Position numbers and translations under genes: made by a program
Assembly (NCBI GenBank): GCA_025459035.1
Contig: JALORJ010000006.1
Span: 1 to 29,887 of the forward strand
Length of the DNA stretch: 29,887 nt
Direction of reading: 5' to 3'
From: Burkholderiales bacterium
GTDB taxonomy: Bacteria; Pseudomonadota; Gammaproteobacteria; Burkholderiales; Ga0077523
The notes under the pieces: generated by a model
What the model saw: only the letters and a program-made list of their open reading frames with translations
The model's database searches: none
Told to the model about the DNA's origin: nothing
Shown here: piece after piece, positions 21,555-29,887 of the stretch
Position numbering within the stretch: the stretch's first letter is position 1
How the letters are laid out: every line of letters starts with the position of its first letter

Positions 21555-22754
21555 TTGAGCCCCGCGGTCGCCATCCCCGTCGCGCGGCTGGCGGCGACGC
21601 CGCGCTTCGACGTGCTGCCGCCGCTGTCGCTGTACGTCCACATCCCGTGGTGCGTGCGCAAGTGCCCGTACTGCGACTTCAACTCGCACGAGGCACGCGG
21701 CGACGTGCCCGAGGCGCGCTACGTCGACGCGCTGATCGCGGATCTGGAACACGCGCTGCCGCAGGTGTACGGCCGCGAAATCCACACCGTGTTCTTCGGC
21801 GGGGGCACCCCCAGCCTGTTCTCGCCGGAAGCCATCGACCGCTTCCTGTGCGCGGCGCGCGCGCGCCTGCCGATCCGGCCCGATGCCGAGATCACGCTCG
21901 AAGCCAACCCCGGCACGTTCGAGCAGGCGAAGTTCGCGGCCTTCCGCGCGGCCGGCATCGACCGGCTGTCGATCGGGATCCAGAGCTTCGACGCGCGCCA
22001 CCTTGCGGCGCTGGGGCGCGTGCACGATGCGGCGCAGGCCCACCGCGCCGTCGAGATCGCGGAGCGCAGCTTCGACAACTTCAACCTCGACCTGATGTAT
22101 GCGCTGCCCGGGCAGACCCCGGACGAAGCCGCCGCCGACGTCGCGACCGCGGTCGCCACCGGCGCGCCGCATCTGTCGCTGTACCACCTGACGCTCGAAC
22201 CGAACACGCTGTTCCACAAGCGCCCGCCGCCCGGGCTGCCGGACGACGACGCGGCGGCGTCGATGCAGGACGCGCTGGAGGCCACACTGGCGGCGGCCGG
22301 CTATCGACACTACGAGACCTCTGCGTTCGCCCGGCCGGGGCGCGAGTGCCGTCACAACCTCGGTTACTGGACCTTCGGTGACTACCTCGGGATCGGCGCC
22401 GGAGCGCACGGCAAGGTGTCGCAGCGCGAGCGCATCGTGCGCGAGATGCGCTGGAAGCATCCGCGCGAGTACGTCGAGCGCACGCTCGCCGGAGAACCGG
22501 TGCAGACGACGCACGATGTCGCGGTCGCCGACCTGCCGTTCGAGTTCCTGATGAACGCGCTGCGCCTGGTCGACGGTGTCGACGCGACCCTCTACGCGGC
22601 GCGCTGCGGCATGCCGATGCCCGCGGCCGTGCGGGCGACGCTCGATGCCGCCGAGGCGCGCGGCCTGCTGACGCGGGATCATCTGCGGCTCGGCCCGACG
22701 GCGCTGGGTCGGCGCTTTCTCAACGATCTGCTGGAGATGTTCCTCGACGCCTGA
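21555..22754 (+). CDS. hemW: Radical SAM heme chaperone HemW (HemN-like)
   Basis: LSLYVHIPWCVRKCPYCDFNSH (CxxxCxxC), FFGGGTPS, EITLEANPG, RLSIGIQSF and HNLGYW. TTG start is tentative. Confidence 0.9.
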   Translation: MSPAVAIPVARLAATPRFDVLPPLSLYVHIPWCVRKCPYCDFNSHEARGDVPEARYVDALIADLEHALPQVYGREIHTVFFGGGTPSLFSPEAIDRFLCAARARLPIRPDAEITLEANPGTFEQAKFAAFRAAGIDRLSIGIQSFDARHLAALGRVHDAAQAHRAVEIAERSFDNFNLDLMYALPGQTPDEAAADVATAVATGAPHLSLYHLTLEPNTLFHKRPPPGLPDDDAAASMQDALEATLAAAGYRHYETSAFARPGRECRHNLGYWTFGDYLGIGAGAHGKVSQRERIVREMRWKHPREYVERTLAGEPVQTTHDVAVADLPFEFLMNALRLVDGVDATLYAARCGMPMPAAVRATLDAAEARGLLTRDHLRLGPTALGRRFLNDLLEMFLDA

Positions 22755-22798
22755 ACCCGGGGCATGTCGCGAACGCCCGCCCGGGCGACGGCAAACGT

Positions 22799-22826
22799 CA
22801 CGACGGCGCCGTCAGGCGCCGTCGTG
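22799..22826. terminator. Hairpin between convergent hemW and PEP-CTERM gene
   Basis: 12-bp perfect stem CACGACGGCGCC/GGCGCCGTCGTG with a 4-nt loop; short T run nearby on the minus strand. Confidence 0.6.
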
Positions 22827-22849
22827 TGCAGCGGTGCAGCAGTGACGCC

Positions 22850-23431
22850 TTACGCGGCCTTGCGCCGGCGCGCGATCGCGCCGACACCGACCAGACCCAG
22901 CGCCATCAACGCGTAGGTCGACGGCTCCGGCACGGCCTGCGTGAAGACGCGGACGTGGTCGCCCGGATCCGACGCGACCCACTTGAACGTCAGCACGTTG
23001 CCGACGAACGACGCCGAGTCGGGGCCGGGTCGGCGCGCGGTGCCCAGTTCGAGGCCGGTCAGGTTGTCGCTCAGGTACGAGACCAGCGGGTTGCCCCAGG
23101 TCGCGTTGCCGGCGAGCACCGCGGCGGTGGTCTTGTCCAGACCGATGATCGGCAGGTCGAACGTGATCGTGCCGGTCGCCGGGTCGCTGCCCTTCGGGTC
23201 GAAGAAGATCAGCCACGACTGCACGTTGCCGATCTGCTTCTCCTTGATGAAGTACATCGCGTCGTTGTCGACCTTGCCGTCACCGACGCCGACGCCGTTG
23301 GCGAAGTCGGTGGTGGTGAGGTAGTCGCTGAACGACCAGCCCTGGACGATCGAGGCGACCGGGTCGGCGGCCAGCGCGGGCGTGGAGAGCGCGGCGGCCG
23401 TGAGTGCGGCGGACAGCAGGGACAGCTTCAT
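22850..23431 (-). CDS. PEP-CTERM sorting-domain protein, 193 aa
   Basis: AAGGAG RBS, Sec-type signal MKLSLLSAALTAAALSTPALA, C-terminal VPEPSTYALMALGLVGVGAIARRRKAA. Confidence 0.92.
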   Translation of the reverse strand: MKLSLLSAALTAAALSTPALAADPVASIVQGWSFSDYLTTTDFANGVGVGDGKVDNDAMYFIKEKQIGNVQSWLIFFDPKGSDPATGTITFDLPIIGLDKTTAAVLAGNATWGNPLVSYLSDNLTGLELGTARRPGPDSASFVGNVLTFKWVASDPGDHVRVFTQAVPEPSTYALMALGLVGVGAIARRRKAA

Positions 23432-23676
23432 GAGGGGAGTCTCCTTGTGGCGGCGGGACACCGTGTCCCCCGCCGCCAGCCCCGTTCGCACGCTTCGGGC
23501 CTGCCGTTTCGAGCGGTTTCGAGGCCGTTGCCCTGACGTCCTGCGGCACTTCGTGTCGACCGGCGTTCCGCGCGTCCGACGCGTCGGGGGGCGGCCCGGG
23601 GTCGCGCAGTCGGGCAAGCGCGACGACGCGGCGGGCGACGACGCCTGACGCGCCGTCCGCTGTGGCAGGCCGCGGC

Positions 23677-25122
23677 CTAGCCGGCGCGGTAGAAGAACTG
23701 CGCGAGCACGGTCTTGTGCCCGCGCTGCACGTCGACCGACAGATGATCGGCGTGCGTGTCGGGGCTGCCGTCGTCGAGGTAGTTGAACCACCACACCAGC
23801 GTGCCCGCCCGCGGGGCGACGTCGACCGGGGCGGGCCGGGCGTTCGGAAAGCGGGTCTCGCCGCCCGCCTCGGGCGTCTCGAGGTAGAGCAGCGCGGTCG
23901 CCACCAGCCGATGGCCGTCGATCACGTACTGGTCGCCATGCAGTGGATGCCCGTCGCCGGGCGCGTAGCGGCGTAGCCGCAGCGTGGTTCCGAGCGCGTT
24001 GTCGACGCCGACGACCTGCGCCATCCCGGCCGCGATGTCGGCCAGTCGCGCGTCGTGGGCCAGCGGCAGTTCGGCATGCAATCCGGTGCGGTCGCGCGCC
24101 CATTCGATGCCGGCGGAGTCGAGCGCCTCGGGCCGTGCGAGTGCTGCCAGCGCAGCGCATTCGTCGGCGCCGCGCCAGTCGACGAGCTGGCGCAACCGCG
24201 GGCGCTCGCACAGTGCTTCACCGAGCGTCGATGGCGGTGGCAACGCCGCAGGCGCCACCGGCGCCGCGGCACCGAGCCGCACCGCCTTGTCGATCAGATG
24301 GTCGACCATCGCCTGCGACACCGGCACGCCGCCGACGGTCTCGGCGTGCGCGTGGTACAGCGGGAAGTTCGACTCGAGCAGGTAGACGCGCCCGCTCTCG
24401 TGGACCAGCAGGTCGACACCGCCCAGCTCCAGGCGCTGCACTTGCACGGCCGCGATCGCGACCTCGGCCAGCTCGGGCGGCACGTCGGCCGTGACTTCGC
24501 CGGGGTCGCTCGTACCCGAGGTGCGGAAGTCGCCGTCGTCCACCGGATTGACGTAGCCGGCGACGGCGCGGTCGCCGACCACCACCACGCGCCAGTGCAC
24601 AGCGGGCGCCACCATCGCCATCACGCGCGCGAACGGGTGATTGGCCTGCAGGAAGTCGACCAGCGACCGCAGCGCGCCCAGGCTGTCGGCGCGCATCACG
24701 CCGATCCCGCGTGACGATCCGGGCACCTTCACCACGACCGGCAGCCCGCCCAGATGCTCGATCAGGTCGGGCAGGTCGGCGTGGGCGAGCCCGGCGACCT
24801 CGACGCTGCGTGGCACCGGCAGTCCGGCCTGCTCGAAGCGCAGTTGCGCGTTCGCGCACGGGAAGAATGGGCCGTCGGGGTCGCCGTGGAAGGTGGCGAC
24901 GCCGGGCACCCAGAGCTGTTGCTCGAGGCGGGTGCAGGCATACGAGATGCCGGGCTTGTAGAGCAGATCGCCCGGTGCGCATGCGGTCTCCGGCGGCGCG
25001 CCGTCGGGCCGGCGGGTCCGCCCGTCGTGCACGACCGTGGCGACGCCGCGGCGTGCCGCGGCGGCCGTCAGCAGCGCGATCGTCTCGCGCGGGACGCCGT
25101 CTTCGACGAGATGCAGCTTCAT
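23677..25122 (-). CDS. Fusion of a RimK-like ATP-grasp ligase and a prolyl-4-hydroxylase-like 2OG-Fe(II) oxygenase, 481 aa
   Basis: N-part has [33 protein letters not shown] and LLESN. C-part has LRRYAPG..HPLHGD (HxD), TALLYL, GGETRFP, ADH and GHKTVL. The ATG overlaps the trmB stop (ATGA). Confidence 0.78.
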   Translation of the reverse strand: MKLHLVEDGVPRETIALLTAAAARRGVATVVHDGRTRRPDGAPPETACAPGDLLYKPGISYACTRLEQQLWVPGVATFHGDPDGPFFPCANAQLRFEQAGLPVPRSVEVAGLAHADLPDLIEHLGGLPVVVKVPGSSRGIGVMRADSLGALRSLVDFLQANHPFARVMAMVAPAVHWRVVVVGDRAVAGYVNPVDDGDFRTSGTSDPGEVTADVPPELAEVAIAAVQVQRLELGGVDLLVHESGRVYLLESNFPLYHAHAETVGGVPVSQAMVDHLIDKAVRLGAAAPVAPAALPPPSTLGEALCERPRLRQLVDWRGADECAALAALARPEALDSAGIEWARDRTGLHAELPLAHDARLADIAAGMAQVVGVDNALGTTLRLRRYAPGDGHPLHGDQYVIDGHRLVATALLYLETPEAGGETRFPNARPAPVDVAPRAGTLVWWFNYLDDGSPDTHADHLSVDVQRGHKTVLAQFFYRAG

Positions 25123-25889
25123 GCCGCGGGCCGCGTGGCGACCGCGCTGTCGCGGCGGCGGTTGAACACCAGATCGAACACCGCATGCCCGAGCCCGAGT
25201 CCGCGTCGCTCGAAACGCGTCTCGGGCCGCCACGCCGGCCGCGGCGCGAAGCCCGTCACCGCGCTGTTGACGAGCGTCGGTTCGGCGCCGAGCACGTCGA
25301 GCATCTGCTGCGCGTACTCGGCCCAGTCGGTCGCGAGGTGCAGGTAGCCGCCCGGGGCGAGCCGCGAGGCGGCAAGGGCCACGAACGCCGGCTGGATCAG
25401 GCGCCGCTTGTGATGGCGCTTCTTCGGCCACGGATCGGGGAACCAGATGTGCAGCGCGGCCAGCGACGCCGGCGCGACCATCTGCGTCAGCACCTCGACG
25501 GCGTCGTGGCGCACGACGCGCACGTTGGTCAGGTCGTCCGCGTCGATGTGCTTGAGCAGGTTGCCGACGCCGGGCAGGTGGACCTCGATGCCGACGAAGT
25601 CGACGTCGGGTCGCGCGGCGGCGACGCGCGCCGTCTCGTCGCCCATGCCGAAGCCGATCTCGACCACGACCGGCGCCGTGCGCCCGAACACGGCCGCGAA
25701 GTCGATCGGCTGTCCGGTCCACGCGAGCCCGAAGCGCGGCAGCAGTGCATCGAAGGCGCGGCGCTGTGCATCGGAGGTCCGGCTCTGGCGCAGCACGAAG
25801 CTGCGCACCGGGCGCTGCGCCGGATCGTCGACCCGGACCGTGACGGCGCCGGTCGGGCTGTCGCGGTCCGGCAGGGTGCGGTGCTTCAA
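25119..25889 (-). CDS. trmB: tRNA (guanine-N7)-methyltransferase
   Basis: [53 protein letters not shown] and [10 protein letters not shown]. The TTG start overlapping the thiG stop is tentative. Confidence 0.95.
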   Translation of the reverse strand: MKHRTLPDRDSPTGAVTVRVDDPAQRPVRSFVLRQSRTSDAQRRAFDALLPRFGLAWTGQPIDFAAVFGRTAPVVVEIGFGMGDETARVAAARPDVDFVGIEVHLPGVGNLLKHIDADDLTNVRVVRHDAVEVLTQMVAPASLAALHIWFPDPWPKKRHHKRRLIQPAFVALAASRLAPGGYLHLATDWAEYAQQMLDVLGAEPTLVNSAVTGFAPRPAWRPETRFERRGLGLGHAVFDLVFNRRRDSAVATRPAA

Positions 25890-26701
25890 GCGGCGCGCGG
25901 CGCGGCCGTCGTCGGCGCGATCGTGCCGTCGACCGGCGAGCTCGGACTGGCCTGGTACTCCTTGCGCGGCATGCGCCCGGCAAGAAAGGCGTCGCGCCCG
26001 GCCTGCACCGCGAGCCCCATCGCGCGCGCCATGCGCACCGGGTCGCGCGCCGCGGCGATCGCGGTGTTCATCAGCACCCCGTCGCAGCCGAGTTCCATCG
26101 CGATCGCGGCGTCGGAGGCTGTGCCGACGCCGGCGTCGACGAGCACCGGCACCTTCGCACGGTCGATGATGATCCGCAGGTTCCACGGGTTCAGGATGCC
26201 CATGCCCGAGCCGATCAGCGACGCGAGCGGCATCACCGCGGCCGCGCCGGCCTCCTCGAGCTGGCGCGCGACGATCGGGTCGTCGGACGTGTAGACCATC
26301 ACGTCGAAGCCTTCGCGCACCAGCGTGTGCGTCGCGGCGAGCGTCTGCGCGACGTCGGGGAACAACGTCTGCGGATCGCCCAGCACTTCGAGCTTGACCA
26401 GGTTGTGACCGTCGAGCAGCTCGCGCGCGAGGCGCAGCGTGCGCACCGCGTCGTCGGCGGTGTAGCAGCCTGCGGTGTTGGGCAGCAGCGTGAAGCGCGA
26501 CGGCGGCACCGCGTCGAGCAGGCTCGGCTCGTCGGCGCGCTGACCGATGTTGGTGCGACGGATCGCGACAGTGACGATCTCGGCGCCGGACGCGTCGAGG
26601 GCCTCGCGGGTCTGGGCGAAGTCGCGGTACTTGCCGGTGCCGACCAGCAGGCGGGAGGTGAAGCGACGGGCGCCGATCTGCAGCGTGTCGGAAGGGGGCA
26701 T
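25886..26701 (-). CDS. thiG: Thiazole synthase
   Basis: [46 protein letters not shown] and VLMNTAIA. Confidence 0.97.
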   Translation of the reverse strand: MPPSDTLQIGARRFTSRLLVGTGKYRDFAQTREALDASGAEIVTVAIRRTNIGQRADEPSLLDAVPPSRFTLLPNTAGCYTADDAVRTLRLARELLDGHNLVKLEVLGDPQTLFPDVAQTLAATHTLVREGFDVMVYTSDDPIVARQLEEAGAAAVMPLASLIGSGMGILNPWNLRIIIDRAKVPVLVDAGVGTASDAAIAMELGCDGVLMNTAIAAARDPVRMARAMGLAVQAGRDAFLAGRMPRKEYQASPSSPVDGTIAPTTAAPRAA

Positions 26702-26724
26702 CGGGGTCTCGCGAGGAAACGCGA

Positions 26725-26928
26725 TCAGCCGCCGCCGACGGCGGCGACGATCTCGAGGCGGTCGCCGTCGGCGACCGCGGTGTGGGGGTGGCGGCTGCGC
26801 GGCACGATCTCGCCGTTCAGCTCCACGGCCAGACGACGATCGGCCAGCGCGAGGCGTTCGAGCAGCGTGGCAATCGAGACAGGCGCATCGAGCGGATGCG
26901 GTGTCCCGTTCAGCAGGACGGCGATCAC
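26725..26928 (-). CDS. thiS: Sulfur carrier protein ThiS
   Basis: [29 protein letters not shown] (C-terminal GG); upstream of thiG. Confidence 0.93.
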   Translation of the reverse strand: MIAVLLNGTPHPLDAPVSIATLLERLALADRRLAVELNGEIVPRSRHPHTAVADGDRLEIVAAVGGG

Positions 26929-27069
26929 GGCAGCGGGCGGAGCGGGCGACGGGGTCGGGGTGCGATTGCAGCACATCACGACGGGGGCGACATGTGCGCC
27001 GGCGCAGGCGCGGTCGGACGGATCGCGCAGCCGGCGAGCGTGGCCCGCCGGGCGGCGGCAGGGCGTCGG

Positions 27070-27099
27070 TTGCGGCGCGGCCGAGTCGCCCTCTAGACT
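27070..27099 (+). promoter_or_regulatory. Candidate sigma-70 promoter for tRNA-Gly
   Basis: TTGCGG-N18-TAGACT followed by a GC-rich discriminator (CGCCGCGCGCC) just before the tRNA. Confidence 0.45.
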
Positions 27100-27110
27100 C
27101 GCCGCGCGCC

Positions 27111-27184
27111 GCGGGTGTAGTTCAATGGCAGAACGAAAGCTTCCCAAGCTCTAGACGTGGGTTCGATTCCCATCACCCGCTCCA
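27111..27184 (+). tRNA. tRNA-Gly (CCC)
   Basis: Acceptor stem GCGGGTG/CACCCGC, D arm GTTC/GAAC, anticodon loop TTCCCAA, TTCGA T-loop, U73 discriminator and encoded CCA. Confidence 0.97.
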
Positions 27185-27250
27185 CCGTCATGGCCGGCCG
27201 CGGTCCGGCCGGGTGATCACCGCGAGGTCGCCGGGTCACGGAGAGCCCCG

Positions 27251-29299
27251 ATGAGCGTTGCGCCGGACCCCGCCCCCATCGCACTCTCGGCCCGCATCGA
27301 CGCCGCCGAGCACAACGCGCTGTTTCGCCAGATCGTCGAGCGCACGCCGGACGCGGTCTTCGTCCACCTCGACGGGCGCCTCATCTACGTGAACCAGGCG
27401 GCGGTGCGCATGCTGGGGGTCGCCTCCGCGGACGCGCTGATCGATCGCAGCGCCTATGAACTCGTCCACCCGGACGACCGACCGAAGTCGACTGCGCGCG
27501 TCGAACGGCTGCATGCCGGCGACGTGCTGCCGCGGGCGTTCCAGCGGCTGGTGCGTGCCGACGGCTCCGTGTTCCTCGGCGAAGTCGAGTCGTATCTCGT
27601 GCCGTGGGTCGGCACGACGGCGGTGGCCGCGTTCATCCGCGACGTGACCCAGCACCATGCAATGCTCGAGACGCTGCGGCGCACGCATGCCGCTCTGAAC
27701 ACCGGGCCCGATCCCGTGTTCATCACCGATGCCGACCGCATGCGGCACGTGGAGGTCAACGACGCGGCCTGCCGGCTGCTGGGCTACACGGCCGACGAAC
27801 TGCTCGCGATCGGGCCGGTGGAGGTGAGCGTCGGCCGCGACCACGCCTCGTTCGAGGCCATGTACGCGGACCTCGAAGCCCGCGGCGAAGGCGTCCCCGT
27901 CGACGAACAGCGGCTGCGCCGTCTGCGATGCAAGGACGGACGCGAGGTGCCGGTGGAGATCCGCCGCAGCTTCCTGCACTCGGGCGGACGGCGGCTCGTG
28001 ATGACCTCGGTGCGCGATGTCACCGAGCGGCTCGCGAGCGAGGGCGCGCTCGCGCGCTTCCGTGCCGCGCTCGACATCGCGGCCGACGGCATCTTCCTGG
28101 TCGATCGCGCGACGATGCGGTTCGTCGACGTCAACGAGACCGCCTGCCGCATGCTTGGTTACACGCGCGACGAGCTGCTGCGCATCGGGCCGGTCGAGAT
28201 CAACGACGCGATCACGCGCGCGGACCTCGAGCGCATGTTCGACGAGGCCCTGAACGCGCAGCCCGGGGCGATCTCGGTCGAGGGCCTGCGCTGGGTGCCG
28301 CGCAAGGACGGCACGCGCATTCCGATGGATGTCCGGCGCACCGCGCGCACGATCGACGGCCGCGTCGTCATCGCGACCATCTGCCGCGACGCGACCGAGC
28401 GCCTGCTGGCCGAGGAGACGCTGCGGCTGGGCAAGAGCGCGCTCGAGGCGGCGAGCAACCCGATCCTGATCCTCGACGTGCGTGACACGCCCGACCGCAT
28501 CGTCTACGCCAATCCGGCCTTCGAGAAGCTGACCGGCCATGCAGCCGATGCCATCGCCGGGCAGTCGTGGTCGCTGCTGTACGGCCACGACACCGAGCAG
28601 CCGGCGCTGCCGGGTCTGATCGCCGCGATCGCCGCACGCACGGCCGGCAAGGGCGAGATCCGCAACTACCGGCGCGACGGCACGCTCTTCTGGAACGACA
28701 TCGAGGTCTCGCCGGTGCGCGACGACACCGGCACCGTCACGCACTGCGTGCTGGTCGGCGACGACGTCACCGACGAGCATCTGCACCAGGACGAGCTCGA
28801 GCACCGCGCGACCCACGACGCGCTGACCGGGCTCGCCAACCGGCGCCTGCTCGACGACCGGCTCGCGATGGCGCTCGCGTCTGCGCAGCGCCATCAGCGC
28901 GTGCTCGCGGTCGTGTTCATCGATCTCGATCACTTCAAGGAGGTCAACGACTCGCTCGGGCACGCCGCCGGCGATCAGCTGCTGCGCTCGGTCGCGTCGC
29001 GGCTGCTCGCGTGCGTGCGCGAGGGCGACACGGTGTCGCGTCAGGGCGGCGACGAGTTCGTGCTGCTGCTGACCGACCAGGCCGACCGCGGCTCGATCGA
29101 GCTCGTGCTCACGCGCATCCGCGATGCGGTGAGCCGCCCGCACGAGGTCGACGGTCGCCCGCTCGCGATCGGCTGCTCGCTCGGCGCGAGCCTGTACCCC
29201 GCGCACGGCGACGACGCGGCCGACCTGATCCGCGCCGCGGACCGCGCGATGTACGCGGCGAAGCAGGCCGGGCGCAACACCTGGCGCATCGCGGACTGA
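27251..29299 (+). CDS. Diguanylate cyclase with four PAS domains
   Basis: Four PAS-like repeats (YVNQAA, VEVNDAAC, VDVNETAC, YANPAF), HDALTGLANR, DLDHFKEVNDSLGH, RxxD I-site (REGD) and an intact GGDEF; no EAL domain. Confidence 0.93.
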   Translation: MSVAPDPAPIALSARIDAAEHNALFRQIVERTPDAVFVHLDGRLIYVNQAAVRMLGVASADALIDRSAYELVHPDDRPKSTARVERLHAGDVLPRAFQRLVRADGSVFLGEVESYLVPWVGTTAVAAFIRDVTQHHAMLETLRRTHAALNTGPDPVFITDADRMRHVEVNDAACRLLGYTADELLAIGPVEVSVGRDHASFEAMYADLEARGEGVPVDEQRLRRLRCKDGREVPVEIRRSFLHSGGRRLVMTSVRDVTERLASEGALARFRAALDIAADGIFLVDRATMRFVDVNETACRMLGYTRDELLRIGPVEINDAITRADLERMFDEALNAQPGAISVEGLRWVPRKDGTRIPMDVRRTARTIDGRVVIATICRDATERLLAEETLRLGKSALEAASNPILILDVRDTPDRIVYANPAFEKLTGHAADAIAGQSWSLLYGHDTEQPALPGLIAAIAARTAGKGEIRNYRRDGTLFWNDIEVSPVRDDTGTVTHCVLVGDDVTDEHLHQDELEHRATHDALTGLANRRLLDDRLAMALASAQRHQRVLAVVFIDLDHFKEVNDSLGHAAGDQLLRSVASRLLACVREGDTVSRQGGDEFVLLLTDQADRGSIELVLTRIRDAVSRPHEVDGRPLAIGCSLGASLYPAHGDDAADLIRAADRAMYAAKQAGRNTWRIAD

Positions 29300-29331
29300 G
29301 CGCCGTCGGGATCACCGCGCCCGCCGTCGAC

Positions 29332-29887
29332 GTGCCGCCGTTCGCGGCACGCGTCGTCGCATGGCAGCGCCGTCACGGTCGCCACGACCTGCCGTGGCAG
29401 CGCACGCGCGACGCGTGGCCGCTGTGGGTCTCCGAGATCATGCTGCAGCAGACGCAGGTCGCGGCCGTGGTGCCGTACTTCGAGGCCTTCATCGCGCGCT
29501 TTCCCGACGTGCAGGCGCTCGCGGCGGCCGAACCCGACGCCGTGCTCGCGCACTGGGCGGGGCTGGGCTACTACGCACGCGCGCGGCTGCTGCACCGGGC
29601 CGCGCGCGAGGTCGTCGCGCATCACGGCGGGGTCGTGCCGACCGACGCCGCGACGCTGGCGACGCTGCCCGGCATCGGGCGCTCGACCGCGGCGGCGATC
29701 GCGGCCTTCGCGGCCGGCGAGCGCGGCGCGATCCTCGACGGCAACGTCAAGCGCGTGCTCGCACGTCACGCCGGCATCGACGGCTGGCCGGGGCGCCCGG
29801 CGGTCGAGCGGGCGCTGTGGGCACGCGCCGAGGCGTGCCTGCCGCCGCATCCCGCTGCCGGCGAGATCGAGGCCTACACCCAGGGAC
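29332..29887 (+). CDS. mutY: A/G-specific adenine glycosylase MutY (3'-truncated by window edge)
   Basis: HGRHDLPWQ, VSEIMLQQTQV, WAGLGYYARAR, LPGIGRSTA and ILDGNVKRVL. GTG start is tentative. Confidence 0.95.
   Translation, partial: MPPFAARVVAWQRRHGRHDLPWQRTRDAWPLWVSEIMLQQTQVAAVVPYFEAFIARFPDVQALAAAEPDAVLAHWAGLGYYARARLLHRAAREVVAHHGGVVPTDAATLATLPGIGRSTAAAIAAFAAGERGAILDGNVKRVLARHAGIDGWPGRPAVERALWARAEACLPPHPAAGEIEAYTQG

Noticed and set aside
21555-22754. Radical SAM gene directly after the RRE/ExxxK pair as the RiPP maturase
   Set aside because: The sequence carries the typical housekeeping HemW motifs along its length and has no SPASM/twitch Cys cluster. Adjacency alone is not enough, although its usual neighbour rdgB is absent here.
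26929-27110. TPP riboswitch upstream of thiS-thiG
   Set aside because: No CTGAGA or other TPP core motif on the minus strand in this interval.
27160-29887. Element integrated at tRNA-Gly
   Set aside because: No integrase nearby and I saw no duplicate of the tRNA 3' end in the window; the flanking genes look chromosomal.

Overview
High-GC bacterial chromosomal window; the gene set suggests a betaproteobacterium (inference). It is mostly housekeeping and metabolic genes: a double-length uvrA, glutathione peroxidase, tautomerase, outer-membrane barrel, HTH regulator, rhomboid, M81 peptidase, bdhA, CDGSH Fe-S protein, di-heme protein, MFS transporter, FAD-linked oxidase, hemW, thiS-thiG-trmB, tRNA-Gly(CCC), a PAS-GGDEF cyclase and partial mutY. 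The most unusual part is a tandem pair of paralogues (18988-21455). Their architecture is a PqqD/RRE-like domain, a twin-arginine/leader-like segment, a long array of strict ExxxK motifs (15 and 33 copies), and a PEP-CTERM anchor with an extra acidic tail. This resembles a RiPP-style modified surface protein (inference). The second copy appears to have lost most of its RRE by a frameshifting deletion. A RimK-like ATP-grasp/2OG-Fe(II) oxygenase fusion lies about 2.2 kb downstream of the pair. Other non-routine items are a PIN toxin inactivated by an internal deletion beside its intact antitoxin, a 158-bp MITE-like element with 14-bp terminal inverted repeats, and a palindromic candidate operator. 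All family assignments come from motif recognition by eye; no database searches were run.
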